Source: Candidatus Omnitrophota bacterium
GTDB lineage: Bacteria > Omnitrophota > Gorgyraeia > Velamenicoccales > JABMQK01
Assembly (NCBI GenBank): GCA_028711115.1
Contig: JAQTSV010000001.1
Span: forward strand, 838,032-902,031
Direction: 5' to 3'
Length of the DNA stretch: 64,000 nt
Shown: positions 36,110-45,808 of the stretch, piece after piece
How the letters are laid out: each line of letters opens with the position of its first letter
Numbering within the stretch: position 1 is the first letter of the stretch
Made by a program: the position numbers and the translations under genes
Notes under the pieces: model-generated
What the model was told of the DNA's origin: nothing
Databases searched by the model: none
What the model saw: the letters and a program-made list of their open reading frames with translations, nothing else

Positions 36110-37141
36110 TTATAGATTAATGGAGTTTAATTTTATTGGTTCTCCAAGATTAATATCTCTTTTCGCTTCTTTACCCAATATCTTTTTTAAAAAATACGGA
36201 GAAAGACCAAAGGCCGGCCTTATTGACCTAACATTTGATTCTGTTAAAGTTTCGCCCTTTTTAATATCGTTAACAGCAAATAAAGAGCGCCTAAAAACTT
36301 TATTTCTTCTTTCGTTTGCTGTCAGGCCATAGTGAATTTTGCCCAACGCTTTTTCAGCAACCCGCACGTCCTCTACGAGTAATTTCAATTCTTTGGGTTC
36401 TATCGAGAAAAAACTATCGGGCGTCTTAATTTTTCTTGAAATAGTAAAGTGCTTTTCAATTAAATTTATTCCTAAAGATACAGAAGCCAGCGCTACGCCA
36501 ATCCCTAGGGTATGATCGGAAAGCCCGATTGGACAATTAAACATTTTCTTCATATGAGGAATAGTTTTTAAATTCATCTCACTGGGCTTGGCTGGATAAT
36601 CACTTACGCATTTTAATAACATTATATCCTTTGCCCCCGCATTCTTGGCTGTTTTGATCGCTTGTTTTATTTCTGCTACGCTAGCCATACCGGTTGAGAT
36701 TATAAGCGGTTTTTTTGTCTTGGCAGCATATTCAATTAAAGGTAAATCTACCAATTCAAATGAAGCAATCTTATGGCAAGGGACATTTAATTCTTCGAGA
36801 AAATCAACTGCTGTCTTATCAAAAGCTGTTGCAAAGAATACAATCCCTAAATTATCCGCTACTTTCTTTAGCTGCTTGAACCACTTCCATGGTGTATAAG
36901 CTTTTTTATATAATTGATACAGGGTTTGGCCACCCCATTCAGGATGCTTTATTCTGAAATATTTGCTGTTTACATTTATCGTCATGGTTTCCGGAGTATA
37001 TGCCTGAAATTTTACAGCATCAGCGCCACATTCTTTTGCTTTTTTGATTAAGGCGATGGCCCGCTTAAAACTTTGACTATGATTGGCAGAAATCTCGGCC
37101 ACCACGATGATCTTTTTATCGATACTTTTAAATAAATTCAT
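36110..37141 (-). CDS. pseI: NeuB-family nonulosonate synthase, assigned as pseudaminic acid synthase from context
   Basis: 'IIVVAEISANHSQSFKRAIALIKKAKECGADAVKFQAYTPETMT', 'GLSDHTLG' and a C-terminal SAF-like domain. It sits next to pseH and pseG. Confidence 0.75.
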   Translation of the reverse strand: MNLFKSIDKKIIVVAEISANHSQSFKRAIALIKKAKECGADAVKFQAYTPETMTINVNSKYFRIKHPEWGGQTLYQLYKKAYTPWKWFKQLKKVADNLGIVFFATAFDKTAVDFLEELNVPCHKIASFELVDLPLIEYAAKTKKPLIISTGMASVAEIKQAIKTAKNAGAKDIMLLKCVSDYPAKPSEMNLKTIPHMKKMFNCPIGLSDHTLGIGVALASVSLGINLIEKHFTISRKIKTPDSFFSIEPKELKLLVEDVRVAEKALGKIHYGLTANERRNKVFRRSLFAVNDIKKGETLTESNVRSIRPAFGLSPYFLKKILGKEAKRDINLGEPIKLNSINL

Positions 37142-37587
37142 TTTTTGTAAATTGTCCTGTCCTTAGTCTTTTTAAATAATTTATATCCTGCTTTAAAAAA
37201 AGCCTTTTGAGAAATAATATTATCGTTTTTTATTTTCGCTATTATCGGCTTGTTTGTTTCTTTTTTTCCATGCAATATTTTTTGGGTACCTAACTTTATT
37301 ATTCTTGTTCCTAGCCCTTTTCCTAAAAAAACAGGATTTAAATTAACGCTTACGCTGATATAATCACTGTTGCTATCGAACCTAATTAGTCCGATTTTAT
37401 CTTTACCTGAACAAGCTATGTATATATGTGTGCGAGGGCTGTTTATTCTTGAATAAAACCATTTTTTGTGCGTATCCCAGGAAATTATTTTCATATTGAA
37501 AAAATTCTTTCTTATCTGCGGGGCATTACGCCATAGCCACATATCTCTACAGTCTTCCTCTCTTGCTCTACGTAGCTTCAATTTCAT
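37138..37587 (-). CDS. pseH: GNAT N-acetyltransferase of the PseH type
   Basis: 149 aa: 'LRRAREEDCRDMWLWRNAPQIRKNFFNMKIISWDTHKKWF' and 'GKGLGTRII'. It overlaps pseI by 4 nt. Confidence 0.65.
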   Translation of the reverse strand: MKLKLRRAREEDCRDMWLWRNAPQIRKNFFNMKIISWDTHKKWFYSRINSPRTHIYIACSGKDKIGLIRFDSNSDYISVSVNLNPVFLGKGLGTRIIKLGTQKILHGKKETNKPIIAKIKNDNIISQKAFFKAGYKLFKKTKDRTIYKK

Positions 37588-37594
37588 TATTTTA

Positions 37595-38275
37595 TCACTT
37601 TAAAATCCTAATTGTTTCAAATGCCTCAGCGTAATTTAGCCCGACATGAACACCCCAGCGTTTTGCAATAATTTTAACTGCTTCTTCGGATCTGGGGTGC
37701 GGAAAAGTTCTCAATTCGGTTTTATAACATTTCATTGCTTCAATTTTCCTATCAATTGAATCGGCAATGTTTACAAATATATTTGGGCTGAACCTACAAG
37801 GATAATTCCACTCTGTGGAAGAAGGAGTTTCAAAAGAATATATTTCTTTTACGGTTTCGCCCTTTATAGGCCTACAGGCGGTCAAAGCAGCATTATAAGT
37901 TATCCTGTGATCAATATTTAAATCTCCTCTATGATGAGTATATAATATATCCGGTTTAATTTTTTTCTTTGTTTCTTCAATTAACTTGATTATTTCCAGT
38001 AATGCTATTGTGTCAAATTTATTGTCAGGTAAATCAAAAGCAAAAACTTTCTCTGCCCCTATAATTTTATTTGCTTTATATAATTGATTTCTTAATTCTT
38101 TGACTTCTTTATTCTTGTTTTCTTTGTCTTTCGTTTGGTATCTGGAAGTTATGCCTTCCCCCAAAATCAATACAAAAGCACTGCAACCGCCACGGACCAT
38201 TTTAGCTACTGTTCCTCCGCATCCTAAGATTTCATCATCTGGATGCGCCGCTACAACTAAAATCTTATTTTTCAT
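37595..38275 (-). CDS. PIG-L/LmbE-family N-deacetylase
   Basis: 'ILVVAAHPDDEILGCGGT' and 'HHRGDLNIDH'. Confidence 0.8.
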   Translation of the reverse strand: MKNKILVVAAHPDDEILGCGGTVAKMVRGGCSAFVLILGEGITSRYQTKDKENKNKEVKELRNQLYKANKIIGAEKVFAFDLPDNKFDTIALLEIIKLIEETKKKIKPDILYTHHRGDLNIDHRITYNAALTACRPIKGETVKEIYSFETPSSTEWNYPCRFSPNIFVNIADSIDRKIEAMKCYKTELRTFPHPRSEEAVKIIAKRWGVHVGLNYAEAFETIRILK

Positions 38276-38970
38276 TTTTTCACCCTTATCTCTGCCTTGG
38301 CTAAAATATTATTTTTTCCGAATTTAGCATTAAAAAACTCAATTTTTAGTTTTGATGTTTCTATGAAAGCCGGTGGATATCCTTCTGCATCAAGCATTCT
38401 TATATAATCATATACTTTTTTTTCGTTAGATAAATTTGCAATGTCACCTTGTTTTGGAGTACGTCTTTTAAACTTTATAACCTTTCCGTATTGAGGAGCA
38501 GGATCCGGCTCATTTTTTATAATATACGGGATCATATTTTTAAAGATTATGTGCGAAGCTCTTTTAAAAATCTGCTCAGCAGATCCATTTAATTCCAATT
38601 TTCTTTTTAAATATATCAGACCGGAATCTATTGTTTTTTCAACTCTTAAAGCTGTGATTTTTGTTTTGGATATTCCTCTGTCGATTAAATTTTGAAGTGG
38701 GCTGCCACCCCTGCCAAATGGTAAGTCCGTCATATGAAAAACAATACATTTATAATTACTATAAATTCTTTCCGGGATTATCCATGACCAATGAGGTAAA
38801 AAGATATACCGGGGATTAAATTTCTTTATTTTTTGATAAGTTAATCCGTTTTTATTGGTTATAAGTCTAATTTTTAAATCTGGATTTCTGGAAATAAATC
38901 TTTTTGCATTATCTATGTTCCAGGATTTAATTGTAGCAATGATATATTTCTTATTGGTGGAGATTGTCAT
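38272..38970 (-). CDS. Formyltransferase-family protein (Fmt/PurN-like N-terminal fold)
   Basis: 'VFHMTDLPFGRGGSPLQN' aligns to the H-x-S-L-L-P-x-x-R-G core. 'IDSGLIY' lies downstream. Confidence 0.55.
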   Translation of the reverse strand: MTISTNKKYIIATIKSWNIDNAKRFISRNPDLKIRLITNKNGLTYQKIKKFNPRYIFLPHWSWIIPERIYSNYKCIVFHMTDLPFGRGGSPLQNLIDRGISKTKITALRVEKTIDSGLIYLKRKLELNGSAEQIFKRASHIIFKNMIPYIIKNEPDPAPQYGKVIKFKRRTPKQGDIANLSNEKKVYDYIRMLDAEGYPPAFIETSKLKIEFFNAKFGKNNILAKAEIRVKK

Positions 38971-38971
38971 A

Positions 38972-39919
38972 TTATATTTTAATAAGTTTATTGATTATTC
39001 TTCCGACACCTTTTCCGTCTACAAGATTTCTGCCTATTCTGCTAAACCTGGCTCTTTTTTTATATGGCATAAATTTATTGATACTGTTTTCGATTCTGTT
39101 TAATAAACCTTTATTCTTATACCATCCGACATATTCGATAAATCCTCTTTTTTGCCATTCTTCTAAATTTAATCTTTGATTTTCAGCAAAACATATTCCG
39201 ATTGTAGGTATCCCTATCCTTGCTAGTTCATACGTAGTCTGCCCACCGCCTGAAATACAAATGTCAGCTTTTAGCATTAAGTTAAGTATTTCTTTAGCAT
39301 TAAATCTATTCTTATTCGGTTCAACTATATGAAAATTAAAATTGAATTTATTTTTCAGATAATTAATTATTTTGTGCATAAGATCTGAATGGTTGATTCC
39401 TCCGGACATAATCAAAATATCTTTCACGCGTTTCTTTATTATTTTATTTACCGATGTTTCCCGAAATTCCTTGCGTAGTATTATGTAATCTTTGCCTAAC
39501 AAATAATCCGAACTATCTCTCTGCGAATAATTAAGTTTATCGCCATATATAGAAGGATTAACTACTATCCCATGCGGATATTTTATTCTTCTATAATCAT
39601 CTATCATAACCAATGATTTTTCGTTGATAATTCCTGAGATCCTATTGTATAAATCTTTATTCGCTAAATAAGAGTCGATTATTACGATGTCTGCCTCAGT
39701 CAACATTTTAAATAACTTATTTTGTTCTTTTAACCAGTTAAATATCTTATAATTCTTGCCTTTCAATAAATCTACTATGTTTTTATCCCCTTTTATTATG
39801 AGTGTTGGTTCGATATTCCTTTCTTTGAATGCTTCATAAAGCGCAACACATCTTGTGATATGACCAAAACCGATATTTTTACCGCCTTCTGTTAAAACGC
39901 ATATTTTTATGGTATCCAT
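38972..39919 (-). CDS. pseG: UDP-2,4-diacetamido-2,4,6-trideoxy-beta-L-altropyranose hydrolase (PseG-type)
   Basis: 'GGKNIGFGHITRCVALYEAF' at the N-terminus and 'ADICISGGGQTTYELARIGIP' at the C-terminus (GT-B, MurG-like). Confidence 0.7.
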   Translation of the reverse strand: MDTIKICVLTEGGKNIGFGHITRCVALYEAFKERNIEPTLIIKGDKNIVDLLKGKNYKIFNWLKEQNKLFKMLTEADIVIIDSYLANKDLYNRISGIINEKSLVMIDDYRRIKYPHGIVVNPSIYGDKLNYSQRDSSDYLLGKDYIILRKEFRETSVNKIIKKRVKDILIMSGGINHSDLMHKIINYLKNKFNFNFHIVEPNKNRFNAKEILNLMLKADICISGGGQTTYELARIGIPTIGICFAENQRLNLEEWQKRGFIEYVGWYKNKGLLNRIENSINKFMPYKKRARFSRIGRNLVDGKGVGRIINKLIKI

Positions 39920-39933
39920 TCTTTAAATATCTT

Positions 39934-41232
39934 CTAATCGATGAAATTAATTAAACCCTTTTTTTCAAATTTTCTAAGGTAGTCGAGTAGTTTAAAATAA
40001 TCGATGTCGTGTTTTAAGGCAATATCTGAAATTGTCTGTTTTCCGTCAAAATATCTGATTACGCAATCCATCAGATAATTCCATTTTCTTTGTTCTTTCG
40101 ATATGGTTAATCTTATGCTCGGGTCTATGGTATGAATGTATAAATCGTATTTAGGATTACTTAACGCCATTAGCCCTTTAAAGTTTCTTGTCATCCTTGT
40201 ATCTGTCTCTAAAATATCTATTATACCTAAAACGGTGTTCACGGACTCTTTCAGCTTGTCTTCATTTATAATCTTTTCATTATCAAGGTTTGAATGATAT
40301 TGTGAATATGGTGCGCGAGATAATGAAATACAGGGAATTTCATAGCCTGGCGACTCCCAGACGGTTTCATCATTTCCTACGATCTTCCTGAATTTATCTG
40401 AATAATAATCCGGAAAGTTATGTTTAAAATATATGTGTGCAGCCTTATCGATTAGGCTATCGCCATTAAAAGATTGCTGCAAGGCAAATCTATTATTATT
40501 TCCCAGCATTTCAAGAAACATGCCATATTTAAACTTTTTTACCTCTCTATCCGGAGTATTTGCTAAATAGAAAATGGTGCCTAGATGTTCTGGTGCAATA
40601 ATTAATTTATAACTATATTTTCTTTTCTTTCTTTTCTTCAGCGTTTTCATAACTTCTATGGCCACAACTACTCCCGAGATATCGTCATTAGCCTGAGCAG
40701 CATGACAATCGTGGGCGTTTAAAAATATAATATCTTCTTTTTCTCCTTTAAGTAAATAATCCAGAACCTTCATAGTGCCTTTTTTATATTCTGTCTTGAG
40801 ATCTATATCGTATTCTCCGGATTTTAATTTTTTAAATAATGTATATGGGGCACTGAATCCCCAATCAGAACGCCAGGGTTTATAATAATAATCGCAGTGG
40901 TAGCCTATCGCATCAGGAAGGTCTTTTCTAAACGATATGTGTTGTTTTAGTTCGCTTAGCGATACCTTTCCTTTAAATGATTTCGCATATCCCATAACAC
41001 CAAGCGGGTGTTTTAGCCCATTATAAATAAGTTTGTTGTTTTTTCTTATTTCTGCTTTTTTTACCTCCCATGAGTAAGGCACTGTCCATCCATTATGCTC
41101 TGAAAGTGATGGATATTTATGCACAAAAAAAGGAAGTTCTTCCAAAAGTATTTGAACTGTCTTATCAGCATCGGCTGAAACTGGTGCAAGGCGTAACGGA
41201 TAAATTCTTTTTAATAACTCAAACATTTCCAT
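39934..41232 (-). CDS. DUF4910/DUF2172-type aminopeptidase-like protein with a C-terminal winged-helix-like tail
   Basis: 'NAHDCHAAQANDDISGVVV' and 'IIAPEHLGTIFYL' match my memory of this family's CHPsmAN..lSG and PeTIGs..yL blocks. Not verified by search. Confidence 0.5.
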   Translation of the reverse strand: MEMFELLKRIYPLRLAPVSADADKTVQILLEELPFFVHKYPSLSEHNGWTVPYSWEVKKAEIRKNNKLIYNGLKHPLGVMGYAKSFKGKVSLSELKQHISFRKDLPDAIGYHCDYYYKPWRSDWGFSAPYTLFKKLKSGEYDIDLKTEYKKGTMKVLDYLLKGEKEDIIFLNAHDCHAAQANDDISGVVVAIEVMKTLKKRKKRKYSYKLIIAPEHLGTIFYLANTPDREVKKFKYGMFLEMLGNNNRFALQQSFNGDSLIDKAAHIYFKHNFPDYYSDKFRKIVGNDETVWESPGYEIPCISLSRAPYSQYHSNLDNEKIINEDKLKESVNTVLGIIDILETDTRMTRNFKGLMALSNPKYDLYIHTIDPSIRLTISKEQRKWNYLMDCVIRYFDGKQTISDIALKHDIDYFKLLDYLRKFEKKGLINFID

Positions 41233-41247
41233 TTTTTGTTATTATAA

Positions 41248-41808
41248 TTATTTAAAAAAACCTTGGCGCTTTTTTTTATCATATCTTGCTCTTGTTAAGC
41301 CGAGGATTGCTACATCGCAATATTTACCATTCGAATACACATATTCTCTTATGATACCTTCGTTATCTAAACCCGCCTTTTCATTTGATTTGATCGAAGG
41401 TAAATTATCAACAACACCATGGTCAATAATCCGGTTAAGATTTAGTTTCTCAAATGCATATTCGATCATTAATCTCATTGCTTCAGTGCCGTAACCTTTA
41501 CCCCACGCTTCTTTGCACAGCATTCTTCCGAATCCTGTTCTTCTATGAATCCAATTAATAGGACCGATTTTTGCGTTACCTATATGTTTATCGGTCTTTT
41601 TTTCAATTACAGCAAAGAATACATAATTGGGATCTTTTGAGATATTTTTTACATATTCTTCCAAGTTTTCTCTGGTTTTAGGAAAAGGGTCATCCATAAA
41701 TTTAGTCACATCACAATCGTTGATCCATTGGATGTATTTTCCATTTAAATCGCTCATATCAAAAGGTCGTAAATAAATTTTCTTCCCCACTAAAAAAGGT
41801 CTATCCAT
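41248..41808 (-). CDS. GNAT N-acyltransferase (RimJ/RimL-like)
   Basis: 'IGNAKIGPINWIHRRTGFGRMLCKEAWGKGYGTEAMRLMIEYAF'. The track start (41871) is a GTG extension overlapping the upstream gene. I use ATG at 41808 (MDRPFLVGKKIYLRPF), 4 nt after the upstream stop. Confidence 0.7.
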   Translation of the reverse strand: MDRPFLVGKKIYLRPFDMSDLNGKYIQWINDCDVTKFMDDPFPKTRENLEEYVKNISKDPNYVFFAVIEKKTDKHIGNAKIGPINWIHRRTGFGRMLCKEAWGKGYGTEAMRLMIEYAFEKLNLNRIIDHGVVDNLPSIKSNEKAGLDNEGIIREYVYSNGKYCDVAILGLTRARYDKKKRQGFFK

Positions 41809-41812
41809 TTTT

Positions 41813-42361
41813 TTACTCCTTTGTCTTTGAAAATAAAGCCAGGCATATTTTATTGACATATACACCATCACAAAAATATTGATTTTTTAATATGGCTTCT
41901 TGCACAAAATTAGCCTTTTGAAAAGCCAATAAAGAACCTATGTTGTTTGCATAACAGCCAGCAGTTAATTTGCGTAGATTCAACTTATAAAATGCGTAAT
42001 TTGAAATCAATTTAATAGCTTCTGTTGCGTATCCTTTTCCCCAGCAGGCCTTTTCTCCTATAAAAAGGCTAATTTCTCCAACGCGGTGTATCCAGTTTAT
42101 AGGGCCTAATTTAATATTACCGATATGCTGCTTTTCATTTTTTAAACATATAGCCAGAAATATTTGCTCTGGATTATTATGAATTTTTTCTACGTATTGT
42201 TTAATATCTTCAATGGTATGAGGAAAATAGCGAGTCTCCATATACTTATTGATATCCTGGTCATTCATCCATCGACAATAATTTTCATTAATATCTTCGG
42301 GAACAATGTTTCTTAAGAATATTCTTTTGCCTTCGATGAAATATGTCTCTTTATTGCCCAT
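41813..42361 (-). CDS. GNAT N-acyltransferase (RimJ/RimL-like), tandem paralogue
   Basis: 'IGNIKLGPINWIHRVGEISLFIGEKACWGKGYATEAIKLISNYAF'. Confidence 0.75.
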   Translation of the reverse strand: MGNKETYFIEGKRIFLRNIVPEDINENYCRWMNDQDINKYMETRYFPHTIEDIKQYVEKIHNNPEQIFLAICLKNEKQHIGNIKLGPINWIHRVGEISLFIGEKACWGKGYATEAIKLISNYAFYKLNLRKLTAGCYANNIGSLLAFQKANFVQEAILKNQYFCDGVYVNKICLALFSKTKE

Positions 42362-43373
42362 TCTTTAATCCTTTTGAGCTATAGGTTGCTTTGAAAGTAA
42401 TAGCTTTTTCGAGATCTTGTGTTAATGAATAAAATCTATCACCCAATTTGATATTTTTCATTAAATCGTTATTATTTTCATCAATAACCTTCTCAACCCT
42501 TAGCGTCCCTTCTTTAGCTAAAACTCTAATAAACTTTTTGTCCTTATGGACGACTATGCCGGCAGAAAAAGGATGGATGTCTTTATCTCTCTTTTCCAAG
42601 AAAACCTTCTTCAAAAATACCCGCTTATTATTAATTCTTGTAGAAGCACCACGGTAAGGCTCATCGAATGCACAGATAAACTTTGTTATTTCCAGTGCAT
42701 TCCAATTCCAGTTGATCCAGCCATTGATTAAAGTATGTAAAAACGGATAGTAGGTACTTTCTTTTTCGTTAAGCATATTTTTCTTAAATTCCTTTCCATA
42801 TTTAACCTGGTTTAAAAATTCGACTATAAAATCTCTCTCAATAGGAACTGCTTGATTAAAGTAATCTATAGGAATGCAGCAATGTCTATCAAAAGTAAAT
42901 ATTTTTCTTTTGATAATTGGTCCCTTATGAAATTTATCTTCACCGCCTTCTATTATCTGCAAATTGCAACACCCTTTTTTATTATTAAATAATATTTGCC
43001 ATGAATAGTGGGCGCCTCCTCGATATCTAGGAAGATCAATCCCCATAAAATCAAGTAGGGGTTTATGAAATTTTCTGACAAATTTCTTTTCGAATACCCA
43101 AGAGGCCCCAAAAGCAATTCCCAGTGCAGACTTATCAATATATCCGTCAATTAACTTGGATTTATTAATATTATCTTCACTGAAAAATTTTATATTATTT
43201 TCGTCTAAAAACTCTCTAAGTAATTTGCCATTTCCGATATCCTCACTTAAATGACGTTTGCTACTGAATACAATTACCTCGTAGATATCAATCAATGAAA
43301 TTCTTTTGGCTACTTCTGCCAATAATATACTGCCTCCGAATAGGATAATTCTTTTTATTTTCCCAAATTTCAT
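42351..43373 (-). CDS. Formyltransferase-like protein with a divergent catalytic motif
   Basis: 340 aa. '...LDFMGIDLPRYRGGAHYSWQIL' keeps the LP.YRG core, but the usual Asn and His positions read D and M. 'EDKFHKGPII' follows. Confidence 0.45.
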   Translation of the reverse strand: MKFGKIKRIILFGGSILLAEVAKRISLIDIYEVIVFSSKRHLSEDIGNGKLLREFLDENNIKFFSEDNINKSKLIDGYIDKSALGIAFGASWVFEKKFVRKFHKPLLDFMGIDLPRYRGGAHYSWQILFNNKKGCCNLQIIEGGEDKFHKGPIIKRKIFTFDRHCCIPIDYFNQAVPIERDFIVEFLNQVKYGKEFKKNMLNEKESTYYPFLHTLINGWINWNWNALEITKFICAFDEPYRGASTRINNKRVFLKKVFLEKRDKDIHPFSAGIVVHKDKKFIRVLAKEGTLRVEKVIDENNNDLMKNIKLGDRFYSLTQDLEKAITFKATYSSKGLKNGQ

Positions 43374-43383
43374 AGCTAAGTTG

Positions 43384-44472
43384 CTATTCCTTTCTATTGG
43401 TTGGTATTACCGCATGTCTCTTTGTCAGTTTATTAAAATCTTCTTCAAGAATCCCCACGTCATTAATAAATTTATCCATTGCCTTTGGCCTTTTACCATC
43501 AAGTGTTTTAACTAAACGCAGCGCTTCTTTCCTGGTTATCAATCCATCGCGCACATCTTTGCTTGCTTGAAATGTTGTCCTTCCTAAATTGCGTTTAATA
43601 AATTTCTGCCAATCCCTCACTGACTCATACGGACAGTCTACCTTATCCCAGTCAACATAAGTTCCTTCAACTTTATTATGTTTCCATCCCAGTTCTTTGG
43701 TAATAATTTCCACATGTTTTCTTTGATCCCAGGGTTCGTAATTTCCTAGATAAATTGCTTTTAATTTAAAGTTCCCTTCGGGCCAAACCATAGGCAACAA
43801 GTCTGATATTGCATATTCCTTAGGTAAGGCCATTTCCGGTTTGATTCCTGCCTGAAAAACTTTTTGATAATGTTCCTCATCTTGTTCCTCAATGTCTTCA
43901 AGCTTATAAGCACCTTCCGTCTGGTATTCAGCTGTGGGTTCTCCCCATATCTGCAGAGGAATATCCCATTGTTTTGAAATGCGGGCAGGGAACGTACCTA
44001 CTCCGTTGTGACAATGCCAACAAAAATCACCCATTATCCCAGTTGTTTTTTTACAGAGTGCGTTCCGTAAACCGTTACCGATACTAAACCTTAAATGGTC
44101 ACAATCCAAGATCTTGGGAATTTCCATAAGATTCCATTCTGCTTCAGGAGATAAAGTGAAGCTGTGATCGAAAGTAACAACCAGAGGCTTCATTTTATAT
44201 TTCCTTACCATGGCCCAAAGAGTATAAACCGTATCCTTGCCTCCGCTATAACCTACAATGCAATTATATTTATTATTTCTTTTTTTAGCATACCTACGGA
44301 ATTTGTGCAAAATTTTATCCAGAATTTTCTGGCGTTCTTTCCAATTGATTTTATTCTTTTTCTTCATAAATTCACTGCACAGACTACAGACACCATCTTC
44401 ATCAAATGATATACCTGACCATGTTTCCGGCATAACACATTTTGTGCACCTTTTTAATGTATTCTTATTCAT
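43384..44472 (-). CDS. N-acetyl sugar amidotransferase (WbuX/PseA/WbpG family, PP-loop ATPase)
   Basis: N-terminal Zn ribbon 'CTKCVMP...GVCSLC', PP-loop 'VGYSGGKDTVY' and 'FCWHCH'. Confidence 0.75.
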   Translation of the reverse strand: MNKNTLKRCTKCVMPETWSGISFDEDGVCSLCSEFMKKKNKINWKERQKILDKILHKFRRYAKKRNNKYNCIVGYSGGKDTVYTLWAMVRKYKMKPLVVTFDHSFTLSPEAEWNLMEIPKILDCDHLRFSIGNGLRNALCKKTTGIMGDFCWHCHNGVGTFPARISKQWDIPLQIWGEPTAEYQTEGAYKLEDIEEQDEEHYQKVFQAGIKPEMALPKEYAISDLLPMVWPEGNFKLKAIYLGNYEPWDQRKHVEIITKELGWKHNKVEGTYVDWDKVDCPYESVRDWQKFIKRNLGRTTFQASKDVRDGLITRKEALRLVKTLDGKRPKAMDKFINDVGILEEDFNKLTKRHAVIPTNRKE

Positions 44473-44497
44473 TTTTACTTCTTGCTCCCATTTTTAA

Positions 44498-45808
44498 TTA
44501 CGCTATCCTTCTAAAACCTGAGTGACAAACAGGAATCTTTGAATATTTTTTGATTTTATTTTTTCTTATAACATTGGCAATAAAACCAAAGGCGTCATCA
44601 ACTGAGTTTAAATAATCTCTAACATTATTTATTTTATGTCCATAAGAAGCGTAAAATGACGTTGTAGCCAAAAATCCCTTTTCAAGCATTAATCTGGTAA
44701 ATAAAGTTTTTAAAATCAAGGGGTCTTTGTAGTTGAAAGTAAAATTAGTTAAAGGATAAATACCCGATATCGTTATGTTTAAATTATGTTTTTCTGCAAG
44801 TTTTTTCCAATTAATTTGTATTTCTTTGCCTATTCTGCTGAGATAATCCGGCACATCATTCTTTTTGAGTTTATTTATTGTAGCTAACGCTGCAGTGGGT
44901 CCGATTCTTTCTGTCCAGTATGTGCTGCTGATAAAAGTATCTTGTGCAGCTTGCATTATTTCTTTTCTTCCTATTATTGCAGCCATGGGATAGCCGTTAC
45001 TAATCGCCTTTGCAAATACGCACATATCCGGATAAACTTGGAATTTCAGATGTGCTCCGCCTATATGTAAACGCCAGCCAGATGTAATTTCGTCAAAAAT
45101 AAGAACAATATTCAATTTTTTGGTTACTTTTCTTATAGTTTCTAAAAAGCCTTTTTTAGGATAGTAACTTCTAATGGGCTCCATAACTACGGCTGCTATT
45201 TTATTTTTATTTGCTTTGATTAATTTCAGAAATCCTTCCGTGTCATTATAATTAAAAGGAATTGATGTATTGCGTAATTTTCTGGGCACACCTTTTGGTT
45301 GCAAGCCGGGCAGAAGGTGCCCGTCTAAAGATTTATCATTTGCTAAGTTTGAAGCTAAATACCAATCATGCCAACCATGATAGCCACAAAATAATATTAA
45401 ATCTTTATCAGTTTTGGCTCTGGCTATTCTTACGGCAATTGCCATGGCTTCACCTCCGCTGCGTGCATATCTCGCCATATCTGCCCACGGATGAATTTTA
45501 CATAATTCCTTGGCAAGTTCTACTTCTTCGGGGCAGTTTAAGGTAGCCATAGAGCCTTTATCTATAGCTTTTTTTATTTTATTATCAACGTCTTCATCGG
45601 CATAGCCCAATATGCAACTGCCAACACCCATGCTGCTCATATCGATATATTTGTTACCATCCAAATCCCATATCTCGCAACCTTTGGCTTTCTCATAATA
45701 AGCCGGCCATAAATTTGGTAGAAACATTTCTGGCCTCTTGGATAAAAGCTGGGTTCCGCCAGGTATTATCTTCTTAGCCTCTTTATAAAGATTTTGTGAT
45801 TTACCCAT
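44498..45808 (-). CDS. Class III PLP aminotransferase (glutamate-1-semialdehyde-aminomutase-like)
   Basis: 'RYARSGGEAMAIAVRIARAKT', 'FCGYHGWHDWY' and 'LIFDEITSGWR'. Confidence 0.75.
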   Translation of the reverse strand: MGKSQNLYKEAKKIIPGGTQLLSKRPEMFLPNLWPAYYEKAKGCEIWDLDGNKYIDMSSMGVGSCILGYADEDVDNKIKKAIDKGSMATLNCPEEVELAKELCKIHPWADMARYARSGGEAMAIAVRIARAKTDKDLILFCGYHGWHDWYLASNLANDKSLDGHLLPGLQPKGVPRKLRNTSIPFNYNDTEGFLKLIKANKNKIAAVVMEPIRSYYPKKGFLETIRKVTKKLNIVLIFDEITSGWRLHIGGAHLKFQVYPDMCVFAKAISNGYPMAAIIGRKEIMQAAQDTFISSTYWTERIGPTAALATINKLKKNDVPDYLSRIGKEIQINWKKLAEKHNLNITISGIYPLTNFTFNYKDPLILKTLFTRLMLEKGFLATTSFYASYGHKINNVRDYLNSVDDAFGFIANVIRKNKIKKYSKIPVCHSGFRRIA

